This document shows positions 46,253 to 54,676 of a stretch of DNA of 64,000 nt, in pieces. The notes under the pieces were generated by a model, which saw only the letters and a list, made by a program, of their open reading frames with translations, did no database searches and was not told the DNA's origin. The translations under genes were made by a program, and so were the position numbers. Positions within the stretch are counted from its first letter, which is position 1, and each line of letters begins with the position of its first letter. This stretch comes from a bacterium (GTDB lineage: Bacteria; Patescibacteriota; Microgenomatia; UBA1400; UBA12108): contig JBDRPO010000016.1 in assembly GCA_043827085.1 (NCBI GenBank), positions 42,752-106,751 on the forward strand, given 5' to 3'.

Positions 46253-46598
46253 ACACGTCCACTACAAGTCACCCTTTGCCGAGTACTTCAACTATCTAAG
46301 TCGGATTGATCGCGGCAAACGCTACTCAAATGAATACGGATCGATCCTCATCCTCTCGCTGGTCGAAGAAGTAGGGGAGGTGGCGCGGGCTTACCTCGCC
46401 GAGCACGGCCGGAAGCCTCTAAACCTCGCCGCCCAACACGACGAATCCTACGAGCAAGAGCTAGGGGATCTCATGGTCACAATCCTCCGCATCGCGCGGA
46501 TCAAGGATATCAACCTCAACGAGCGGATCCTGTATACTCTAAAGAAGATCGAAGCCAGAAAATTAAAACCCAAAGAATATAAGGAGCTAAAGTCATGA
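46245..46598 (+). CDS. MazG-like nucleotide pyrophosphohydrolase (small, all-alpha)
   Basis: EEVGEVARA...EELGDLM is the MazG EExxE...EELGD motif. The start is at the internal ATG, giving a short divergent overlap with the HD gene. Confidence 0.6.
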   Translation, partial: ATKHVHYKSPFAEYFNYLSRIDRGKRYSNEYGSILILSLVEEVGEVARAYLAEHGRKPLNLAAQHDESYEQELGDLMVTILRIARIKDINLNERILYTLKKIEARKLKPKEYKELKS

Positions 46599-47767
46599 AA
46601 CATTATCTAGTTGCCCTCTTCACCATTTTTATCTCTCTCTTTACCTTCGCGCCAGTAGCCTTTGCCAAAGTTATGTGGCAAGAAAAAGGCAAACTCACCA
46701 TTCCGGTGGGTGAAACCATCGACGATGATCTCTTTATCGCTAGCGAAAACGTCGCGATCGACGGTACGGTCAATGGCAGTGTCTTTGTCGGGGCTGGGAA
46801 TGTGGCAGTGAGCGGCAACATCAAAGGTGATCTCTTGATCGGTACCGGTCAAGCTGATCTGTCCGGCGTAGTGAGTGGCGATCTTTATATCGGCGCTGGC
46901 AACATCACACTCTCCAAACTCACGGTGGGCGGTAATGTCGTGACCGCAGCTGGTAACCTAACAATCGATGAAACAAGTAAGATCGGAGGCTCGCTCATTA
47001 CGGGTGTGGGTAACCTGAAAAACTCCGCTCCAGTCGGTAGAAGCATCATGGTTGGTGCCGGGATGGCCTATCTCGATAACAAGGTGGGTCGCGAACTCCG
47101 CTTTGGTGGGCGTGATCTTGAGCTTGGTCCTCACGCAAGTATTGCCGGCAATGTGACGTATGCCCTTGGCGAAGAACGAGGGACTTTCAAGCAAGACCCC
47201 TCCGCTACAATCGGCGGCACGGTGAGTAAGTACACTCCTCCCGTCCAAGCTCAGCGTGACATGACCAAAGTCAAATCTGACTTAGCCAAATTCGGTCGGG
47301 CTTTCCATGGCACCTGGCTCGTCATCTCTTTCCTCGGTTCGCTTCTCGTCGGCTTTTTCCTCCTCAAGCTTTTCCCCAAAACCTCGCTTGGTTTGACTAG
47401 CCAGATTACCAAGTCTCCCATGCCAAGCCTAGGTATCGGCTTTCTTATCATGATCTTGGCCTTCCCCGTCTTCCTGGTGCTAGCTCTCACCGTGATAGGC
47501 CTCCCCTTGGCCGGGCTACTCTTCCTTTTATTCTGCCTCGAAGTTCACCTCGCCAAGCTTGTCTCGGCCTACGCGCTCGGTCGCTTTGTGGCTGGGCAGT
47601 TTAGCTGGAACAAGCTAGGAGTGTACGCCGTCTTCGGAATTGGTCTCGCGCTCTTCTATTTCCTCCGCGCCATACCCATGATCGGCTGGATAAGTTCCAA
47701 TCTCTTCACCTGGGCCGGTCTCGGCGCCATGTGGCACTACGCCAGCGCCCACCAAAAAAACCTCTAA
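46595..47767 (+). CDS. Secreted beta-helix repeat (bactofilin/DUF583-like) protein with C-terminal 4-TM anchor
   Basis: Signal peptide, then repeated G(N/T)VxVxGxIxGDLxIG units, then hydrophobic C-terminal helices. Confidence 0.45.
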   Translation: MKHYLVALFTIFISLFTFAPVAFAKVMWQEKGKLTIPVGETIDDDLFIASENVAIDGTVNGSVFVGAGNVAVSGNIKGDLLIGTGQADLSGVVSGDLYIGAGNITLSKLTVGGNVVTAAGNLTIDETSKIGGSLITGVGNLKNSAPVGRSIMVGAGMAYLDNKVGRELRFGGRDLELGPHASIAGNVTYALGEERGTFKQDPSATIGGTVSKYTPPVQAQRDMTKVKSDLAKFGRAFHGTWLVISFLGSLLVGFFLLKLFPKTSLGLTSQITKSPMPSLGIGFLIMILAFPVFLVLALTVIGLPLAGLLFLLFCLEVHLAKLVSAYALGRFVAGQFSWNKLGVYAVFGIGLALFYFLRAIPMIGWISSNLFTWAGLGAMWHYASAHQKNL

Positions 47768-47823
47768 TCTAGTGGCCTGCCATCCGTAGCCTTGGCGAAG
47801 GATGGTAAAATATCTCCAGTATT

Positions 47824-47896
47824 TGCCGGGTCGCTAATGGTAAGCAGCGTGACTCTGAATCACGTAATCTAGGTCCGAATCCTAGCCCGGCAACCA
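47824..47896 (+). tRNA. tRNA-Gln (anticodon CUG) candidate with atypical features
   Basis: Cloverleaf by eye: acceptor UGCCGGG/CCCGGCA with U1-A72 as in bacterial tRNA-Gln, U8, D-loop with GG, and anticodon stem CGUGA/UCACG with loop CUCUGAA (U33, CUG, A37). The T-arm is CUAGG-UCCGAAU-CCUAG and CCA is encoded. Irregular points are C55 instead of U55 and a 3-bp D-stem with a 2-nt connector. Confidence 0.45.
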
Positions 47897-48008
47897 ACTA
47901 GTGCAACCCGAGAGGCCGTGACGCCTCAAACAGACTAATGAGTCCTACTAATTTGTCGAAATCTCCTCAAACTCCTGCAACCGCGAAAATCATCGGAAAC
48001 TTGAGGAA

Positions 48009-48341
48009 ATGCGATATACTCATATCATGTTTAACCAGAGTGTGTACTTTGAGGAAGCTAACGCCAAGAGGATATTTTGCTGCCTTGCCGAACCGGATAG
48101 CACCATCAAAAAGATTGTTATTATGTCGCACGGCTTTCGCGGATCCTCTATTGGTCCCGCCAGGCAGTTTGTTGATTTCGAGCAGGTACTCACCAAAAAT
48201 GGGTACTCGGTCCTCCGCTTTGACCAACCAAACTGTGGCAATTCTGAGGGTGACTTTCTCCAGTCTTCATTCAATGAATGGGTAGCCACCATTTCCCACC
48301 GAAGTGGCTGGAGATCCCGCAGGATGAGCAGGCATTTATGA
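48009..48341 (+). pseudogene. Truncated alpha/beta-hydrolase gene fragment (N-terminal ~95 aa only)
   Basis: IVIMSHGFRGSSIGPARQFVDFEQVLTKNGYSVLRFDQPNCGNSEGDF is the N-terminus of an alpha/beta hydrolase (e.g. dienelactone hydrolase or peptidase-like). The frame breaks before the nucleophile elbow, and the downstream 48278-48475 ORF is in another frame. Confidence 0.5.
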
Positions 48342-48488
48342 AATTTATGAAAGAGGTTGATACTCTTATTGCCGGTCCTATCCCGCTGGAGGGTGAAGCC
48401 TGCCAGTTCTGTAAATACCGGCATGTGAACGAACAGTATCAAGAGTCATCCGGCGAGAATAACTTGCCGTTTTAGAGGAACTTGACGG

Positions 48489-49046
48489 TCAAAGCTGGTT
48501 TGCCAGGTATTTTACCAAAACTTCAATCTTTCCATTATCATCAATCGAGAGCTTCATCACACTGCCAACTCGCTTTCTTGTTGAGTATGCTGCCCCTGGG
48601 TTAAGTATTAGCAAATTACCATACTTTTTAATAACGACTTCGTGAAAGTGTCCAAATACGCATACGTTTACTTTATTATGCAACTGATCTTTTAGCCTAG
48701 TTAGCTGCATATGTAAAGCTATGCTTTTTAGCTTGAATGCCTTGCTGATTAAATACTCAGCATATTGAATAGCTTTACGGCTTGTTTTATGCACCAGCAT
48801 AATCTTCAAGGGCCCAATCGTGAGATGCTCTACATCTCGTAAATTGTACTTCTCCCTATCGGACTGTTTGTTCCCCATAACCGCAACAACAGGAGCAATA
48901 TTCTCTAACTTTTTAAACTCTGACTTATCGCCGATGTCCCCAGCATGCAAAATCATCGAAACGTCGGAAAAGAAATTAATTATGTCGGGAGCTAACTTAT
49001 TACACTTGGTAAAATGAGTATCTGCAATTACCCCAATTATTTTCAT
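48489..49046 (-). CDS. YfcE/MJ0936-like metallophosphoesterase
   Basis: Calcineurin-fold motifs are present (IADTH, HAGDIGD, GN, GHFH). It is the last gene of the minus-strand operon. Confidence 0.8.
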   Translation of the reverse strand: MKIIGVIADTHFTKCNKLAPDIINFFSDVSMILHAGDIGDKSEFKKLENIAPVVAVMGNKQSDREKYNLRDVEHLTIGPLKIMLVHKTSRKAIQYAEYLISKAFKLKSIALHMQLTRLKDQLHNKVNVCVFGHFHEVVIKKYGNLLILNPGAAYSTRKRVGSVMKLSIDDNGKIEVLVKYLANQL

Positions 49047-50842
49047 TTAAGGTTGCTCGCGTTGCTCTCTAATTTATTCGCAATCTCAATCAACAAGTCG
49101 AAATCCTCAACTTTTCGAAATCTTGAGTCAACAACATTAAGACCGTTATAAGCTCCAATCAAAGCTCCAGTTATCCCTGCAATACCGTCAGTATTGCCAC
49201 CCCGAGCTTCAATTAGCTGTTTATCCCAAGATAAACCGGTCAATCTTTTCTTTTCTTCGACGGTATCCTGACGATAAGAATTGGCCGATAGTAGTATTGG
49301 TTTTGCGAATATACTCGGGTATGATAAAAAGTAAAATAATGCCAATGGCACTGTCTGCCAAACAGGGGAACCAGTACCATAAGTTACGGTAGCTCTCTTT
49401 ACATCGGTATCTCCTCTAATCGCCTGCTGAATATTTTTAACTAATATATTGACTCTTTTATTATCACTTCCATATTTAGTAATAATAAACTCTAAACTTT
49501 TTTGAGCCGAGGACTGTGGATTTTCGTTATTTTGTAAATAATGTATAAGTATGGCTATAAATACGTTCGCAGCTTTAGAAACTGAGGAATTATGTGTTAA
49601 GGACGCTTCCATCTCTGAATATTGCGCAATATCATTTATATCGTTGAAAAATAGTCCTATTGGAATAACTCGATATATCGATGAACAGGATTCTGTATTT
49701 GTAGATCCAGACTTATCAATTGCTACCCCCATACGTAATTTGTTGGCTGCAGATAGCGAAGTTGGTCCAGGCCATCTAGCATATTCTTTATCTTGACAAT
49801 CTTTGGCCCACTTTATAAGTGTATCCACTCTTGAGTCAACATTATACCCACCATCTTTAATAAGGTCTTTGGTTACATCAGTGAGCATCCTAGTGTTGTC
49901 TGTATAATACCCCGCGTTCAAGTGGCTAAAATATGGATGCTTAGCATTCGTTTGAAAGCCTTCGATACGACCCCTATTCATTGCAATAAATTCTTTACCC
50001 TCAATACCGGCAGCTGGGAATCCAAGTGAGTCTCCCACAGCAAATCCTACTAATGCCCCTCCAATTTTGTTTAATGGATCGTTATTGTGATACGACCTCT
50101 CCATTCTCTGCTCTAAGTGGAATAATAATGAAGCATCGCTGGTATATGCCCTCCCTACAAATAATTTTGACAACCACGGATACACACAAAACAATTTAAT
50201 TTCAGATTTAACATCGGCCTTTACCTGTAAATAGCAATCCATTAGAAATAAGGCAAAGGTAGCCTGGAGGCCTGTATCCACAAAGCAAATATTATCTTCC
50301 ATTCCAACTATTGCCCGTAATTCTCTAGTCATGGAAGTATGTAAGGCTCTAAGGTCACTATTAGACTCTAATATCATGCCAAGCTCTGTGGAGTAAGCCT
50401 GTATAAAGTCTTTCCAATTCTTAGCTTGTAGAGCTGCACTATTTACAACACTAAATAGCTTCAAATAATTCTCTTGAGATCCCAAATTTTTTCTAGACAA
50501 TGACATTTTTAGTACTCTCGTACTATCATTTCCGGGGTAGAAAACCTTTGCATCATTCAACAAAAACACATGCTTCTTCCCATCATTTAACAAGTCGTTT
50601 TTGAACTTTGTTATATGTTGATTTAGATTTTTTGCTTTTAGGGCAGATTGTCTTGGAATCTTTAGATTTAGTAACGTCTCTAATTTCTTTACGAATTTAG
50701 TCGGGTACTTATATGTCCATACGCTAAGAGCATCCTCGACTTTGGTAACATCAGTATCTACTTTGGCAATGCAAGCCCTAATCAGAGCCAGCATGTCTTG
50801 TGAATAAGTCAATAGTGTTTCAGTGTTTGGAGTTTTGTCCAT
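49043..50842 (-). CDS. Two-domain protein: unknown alpha-helical N-terminal domain (~270 aa) + ADP-ribosylglycohydrolase (ARH/DraG-like) domain with atypical metal-site residues
   Basis: ARH motifs are present: GALVGFAVGDSLGFP, GYYTDNTRM (canonical YTDDT) and GGNTDGIAGITGALIGAYNGL (canonical GGDTDT). Confidence 0.6.
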   Translation of the reverse strand: MDKTPNTETLLTYSQDMLALIRACIAKVDTDVTKVEDALSVWTYKYPTKFVKKLETLLNLKIPRQSALKAKNLNQHITKFKNDLLNDGKKHVFLLNDAKVFYPGNDSTRVLKMSLSRKNLGSQENYLKLFSVVNSAALQAKNWKDFIQAYSTELGMILESNSDLRALHTSMTRELRAIVGMEDNICFVDTGLQATFALFLMDCYLQVKADVKSEIKLFCVYPWLSKLFVGRAYTSDASLLFHLEQRMERSYHNNDPLNKIGGALVGFAVGDSLGFPAAGIEGKEFIAMNRGRIEGFQTNAKHPYFSHLNAGYYTDNTRMLTDVTKDLIKDGGYNVDSRVDTLIKWAKDCQDKEYARWPGPTSLSAANKLRMGVAIDKSGSTNTESCSSIYRVIPIGLFFNDINDIAQYSEMEASLTHNSSVSKAANVFIAILIHYLQNNENPQSSAQKSLEFIITKYGSDNKRVNILVKNIQQAIRGDTDVKRATVTYGTGSPVWQTVPLALFYFLSYPSIFAKPILLSANSYRQDTVEEKKRLTGLSWDKQLIEARGGNTDGIAGITGALIGAYNGLNVVDSRFRKVEDFDLLIEIANKLESNASNLK

Positions 50843-50845
50843 AAA

Positions 50846-52147
50846 TTACCTGTACGGAGGATCGGGATATTCTTCGACAGTTAAATGACCTGTGGTGGAA
50901 TCCCCGTCGCTAAAAATATAATATGAACTAGGAGGAAAGTAGCTATCGGGGTTTACCCCCAACTCTTCCATTACTTCTTTAAATATTCTCTTTACTATTC
51001 GTTGCAATACGTTTACCTGTGTAGGGTATAAACTTGCAAGAGCAATAATAATCTCTTCAAGCGAATGATATCCAATCCTATGGTCATAAAATGTACTGTA
51101 CTCTATCGGGATTGTATTTTGTGGGACACGGCCCCCCGCAATCTTAGATTCTTTTGGGTTATCTGCTGGTAGACCAATCTTCTTACGATACTCGGGATTA
51201 ACAGAAGCTGCCTGCAAATCTCGATATATAAATCTCGTAATTTGCCAGTCACTATCAAGTTCTATTAATGTATTTTGCGTGTGTGCTTCGAGTAAGATGC
51301 CGTATTTGAATGCAATAAACAACACGTTACTTATCATTGGTCTAGCGACTTTTTCTTCAAAAAATTTCTCCGGGGATAACCCAGAAAAATTAACCAACTG
51401 CTTAATAATTAGTGTATGTCCTGGGTTTCTAAAGTCTGGAGAATATAAACTAAACACAGGCATGAGATATTTACCCGATTGGTTGGTTGGGCTAGGATTT
51501 ACTAAGCGAAAAATGTTGCCGAAACTACTATCTAAGCAAGATGTTCCTAACGACATGGGTTCAGGCAAGTACCCGAATGTAGCCGGTAGATTATCAGTCT
51601 TCGAGATTTTTATAAATTCACCACTCATATAATGGCTTTGAATTGCAGACACTTCTGTCAATGCCCTGGGCAACCTGCCCAATTTTTTCCCTGATAAGTC
51701 CACCTTTATCATGTATGGCTTACCATCCAGAGACGTAATTAATGTTCTAGTAGATGATGTAGGACATGCTTTCACGTAGCCAGAGATTCTTTCTTTCGCA
51801 AATTCTCCAATTCCTCTCTCCGTGTACACGTCTACCATATCCGGATGTATGAAGAAGTGTACCTGCTTATTATCAAGTATTATGTTATTAAGTTCTGGTA
51901 CATCCTGAGTTTGATATAAATTCACAGCCTTTTTTGGAAGCGAAACATAGGGCAAATCAAACTCATCGTCTCCATCGAGAGGACGAAACTGTCTCGATAC
52001 TTCCGACCTATGTCTGTATGAATGGTAAGCTCCCTTATTAACATATCTTTCTGTATAAATCAAAAGCGACAATGGATCGTCAAAAGAAGTAATCCACTCT
52101 TCATTATGGCTCGGAGTATTGGGAGTTAGTATTGATTTGTTGCTCAT
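50846..52147 (-). CDS. Hypothetical protein, possibly kinase-like or IucA/IucC-like adenylating fold
   Basis: Motifs CPTSSTRTL, KPYMIKVDLSGKKLGRLPRALTEVS and EAHTQNTLIELDSDWQITRFIYRDLQ. The assignment is not secure. Confidence 0.4.
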   Translation of the reverse strand: MSNKSILTPNTPSHNEEWITSFDDPLSLLIYTERYVNKGAYHSYRHRSEVSRQFRPLDGDDEFDLPYVSLPKKAVNLYQTQDVPELNNIILDNKQVHFFIHPDMVDVYTERGIGEFAKERISGYVKACPTSSTRTLITSLDGKPYMIKVDLSGKKLGRLPRALTEVSAIQSHYMSGEFIKISKTDNLPATFGYLPEPMSLGTSCLDSSFGNIFRLVNPSPTNQSGKYLMPVFSLYSPDFRNPGHTLIIKQLVNFSGLSPEKFFEEKVARPMISNVLFIAFKYGILLEAHTQNTLIELDSDWQITRFIYRDLQAASVNPEYRKKIGLPADNPKESKIAGGRVPQNTIPIEYSTFYDHRIGYHSLEEIIIALASLYPTQVNVLQRIVKRIFKEVMEELGVNPDSYFPPSSYYIFSDGDSTTGHLTVEEYPDPPYR

Positions 52148-52150
52148 AAA

Positions 52151-53683
52151 TTAGTCATGGTTTTCTAGATTCTCCACTAACCAGTCGAACTTACGCCTAG
52201 TTGTGTCTGTGGCTCTGACAAGCGGTAGTTCTTTAAGCTTACCACTTAACTCACCCATTTCGTCTAGAATCGCAGTCCGATCACCCGGCTCAGAATTAGG
52301 ATTTATTCCTTTGTACTCAAGCTCTGCTTGAGAAAGAGTTTTATGTTCGCCCGTTTGACAGAAATCAGCCGAAAGATTGTAATACCTCCCTGATTGTCTA
52401 TTGTGTAAGAACAGATAGAACTTTTTTCGCCTGGTTGTACCTACATACTCCACAGGTTTTCCTAGTCGACTTTCTTGGATAGACTTAATCACCCCCAAAT
52501 CTCGAGAATCGTATGTTCGATTCACCTTAATCATTTCTTCAGGCCTACTCATAACTTGATCTTGACCGTTAGCACTAGTAGGGAGCATCTCCTTTTTCCC
52601 TTTAATCTTTATAAAGTATTTGGGTTTACGGGGATGTCTCACGATCACAAAAGCTTCTTCAAGGGTAGATCCAGCATCACGATATCCGTAGTTGTCAAAG
52701 TAATATGTCCAAAATGATACACTCTCCATACCAGGTACAAGCTCAACATCGCCAAACAATCCAGATTTACAATAAGAGGCGACAATTTCAAGAAAAGTAG
52801 ATGGATCTTGAGGGGTTAACTCAAACTTCTTTTCTAATTCTTCTCCCTCCAGTTCATCAGTCATTTCCCACCCCAATAGTGAATGGAGCGGTTCACTTTG
52901 ATCTTCAGAATGGTTGAGTTCCGCAGAAGTTTGTTTTGGCAGTAGCTTAACTGTTTCCCGGTATTGGGCTTCGACTTTGCCTTGCAATGTTCCGATTGGG
53001 ATTGCTCCTTCTTTCGTTAATTTTTCGATAATAGGTACCGTAAGTTGGTCTGTTTCGGGAGAGTACTTTACCTCACCTTTCATCATCCCCTCTGTTCCCA
53101 TAACCAATGCGCTATTAGGTTTGCCAGCAATAAAAGCGTAATAGTGTATGTTCTTGTCTAGCGTCAATCGTAACTGCAGATCACTTTCAATTGGATGAAA
53201 ATGGGATCGTTCATATACAATGCCCAATAATGGCTCCAGCGCTTCAAAATCAAACTCGGTAAACAACATTTTCAGCAACGCTGGATCAAACTCGGACTCT
53301 GTAGACGTTTGCAGATAATTTAGAAACCCCAGAGGGTTATTTAATATTCGCAACACTGTCTCATAAGTTGTGGTTAGTCGGTCCTTAGTCACTCTATCTT
53401 GTTGGTGACCTTTAATTTCCATATGTACAACGTCTTGATCTGCAATAGTGATTGCGCCTGGATTCAAATTCGACAAATATCTCCTTGTCCTCACCAAACC
53501 ACCTTGATTCAAGCTGACACCGTTACCAAAATAAATGTTTTCGGTAACTGGGAAGCATCCGCCATCCAGTAACAATGTTTGTTGCGTTAACTCTGGTAAA
53601 ACATCACCAATTCTTTCTCCGACCTCGTTTGGAATCAAAAATCTGATCTCTCTTCTACTGTTAAAAATGGTGTCTTCTTTCAC
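52151..53683 (-). CDS. Hypothetical protein with weak CYTH/VTC (triphosphate-tunnel)-like N-terminal domain and unknown C-terminal region
   Basis: Beta-strand motifs EIRFLIP, GLVRTRRY, MEIKG and LRLTLDKN are reminiscent of the TTM/VTC fold. The C-terminus has ...YNLSADF...SQAELEYKG. Low confidence. It is the first gene of the operon. Confidence 0.35.
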   Translation of the reverse strand: MKEDTIFNSRREIRFLIPNEVGERIGDVLPELTQQTLLLDGGCFPVTENIYFGNGVSLNQGGLVRTRRYLSNLNPGAITIADQDVVHMEIKGHQQDRVTKDRLTTTYETVLRILNNPLGFLNYLQTSTESEFDPALLKMLFTEFDFEALEPLLGIVYERSHFHPIESDLQLRLTLDKNIHYYAFIAGKPNSALVMGTEGMMKGEVKYSPETDQLTVPIIEKLTKEGAIPIGTLQGKVEAQYRETVKLLPKQTSAELNHSEDQSEPLHSLLGWEMTDELEGEELEKKFELTPQDPSTFLEIVASYCKSGLFGDVELVPGMESVSFWTYYFDNYGYRDAGSTLEEAFVIVRHPRKPKYFIKIKGKKEMLPTSANGQDQVMSRPEEMIKVNRTYDSRDLGVIKSIQESRLGKPVEYVGTTRRKKFYLFLHNRQSGRYYNLSADFCQTGEHKTLSQAELEYKGINPNSEPGDRTAILDEMGELSGKLKELPLVRATDTTRRKFDWLVENLENHD

Positions 53684-53961
53684 AATGATATATTGTAACC
53701 TATAGTCATCGCAAATACAACATCCACTATATCAAAGTATATCACCGCAAGTAAGCTATGTACCGTCCCATTTGTCTCAAATAGCCTGGAGAGTGAGACA
53801 CTACTAGTTGAGCTATAAGGATTGAAAGGTTCCAGACCTAGCTCCACAACATGCAAAATAAGACGGAATTATCCATCTTAATAAGTTCCTCACTTAAAAC
53901 CCAGAGCGTAAAGTCGTGGGAGTGTTATAAGTTAATGAGATTTTAAACTGGTTCTCCAAAT

Positions 53962-54174
53962 CTACCTCATCGCTTTGATGTGCATCACGATTCCGGCTAT
54001 GACAAACACCGCTCCCCATCGCACCGGGTGCGCTCCGGCGAGAGGGTAGGTGAGAAGAAATCCCGCGCCTATCCCCAGAAGCAAATGTGCGGTCGCGTTC
54101 TCTCCCGGGTGCTTGGCAAAGTACTTCACAGCTTTCTTACTTATCATTCTTACCTCCTTTGTACCTCTATCCAA
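53962..54174 (-). CDS. Small two-TM membrane protein (hypothetical)
   Basis: Hydrophobic 60-70 aa ORF (LLLGIGAGFLLTYPLAG...AVFVIAGIVMHI). No homology was recognised. Confidence 0.3.
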   Translation of the reverse strand: MDRGTKEVRMISKKAVKYFAKHPGENATAHLLLGIGAGFLLTYPLAGAHPVRWGAVFVIAGIVMHIKAMR

Positions 54175-54216
54175 TCATATCGGATGCGATATATCAACCA
54201 ATGCTAAAATATTCTC

Positions 54217-54669
54217 ATGGTTAAAGGTATCGACTACATTGGTGTTTCAGCCGGAGCCATGATAATCAACGATCAAGGACAGATCTTTCTCGCCCAGCGC
54301 GGGCAAAAAGCCAATAATGAACGAGGCTGCTGGGAGAATCCCGGTGGCAGTGTAGAGTTTGGGGAAAAACTGGCAGACGCCGTCAAGCGTGAAATCATGG
54401 AAGAATATGGAGCCGAGATCGAAATCATCAAACAATTCCCCGCTGAAGATCATTTGATTCCGGCCGAGCATCAGCATTGGGTTGCAACCACTTTCCTCGC
54501 GAAATTCAAGAAGGGGAGTGAGCCCAAAATAATGGAGCCAGACAAATGCTCGGCCATCGGCTGGTTTGATTTGAGCGCGCTACCCTCTCCACTCTCCATC
54601 ATTACCGAGCTAGATATTAAGCATCATGGCAAAGATGTATCAAACTTAGTTACCGATTTCCCAGTATAA
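54217..54669 (+). CDS. NUDIX hydrolase
   Basis: Nudix box GGSVEFGEKLADAVKREIMEEYG. Confidence 0.8.
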   Translation: MVKGIDYIGVSAGAMIINDQGQIFLAQRGQKANNERGCWENPGGSVEFGEKLADAVKREIMEEYGAEIEIIKQFPAEDHLIPAEHQHWVATTFLAKFKKGSEPKIMEPDKCSAIGWFDLSALPSPLSIITELDIKHHGKDVSNLVTDFPV

Positions 54670-54676
54670 TCGAGCC

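Noticed and set aside
48278-48475. A 65-aa ORF (MGSHHFPPKWLEIPQDEQAFMKF...CQFCKYRH) as a real gene.
   Set aside because: It overlaps the truncated hydrolase fragment in another frame. It is probably a remnant of the same decayed gene. It is kept only as part of the pseudogene region.
47768-53960. Calling the AT-rich block a prophage or ICE.
   Set aside because: No integrase, recombinase, relaxase, capsid or terminase motifs are present. Only composition, tRNA adjacency, a truncated gene and a weak att-like repeat support mobility, so it is reported as a possible decayed island.
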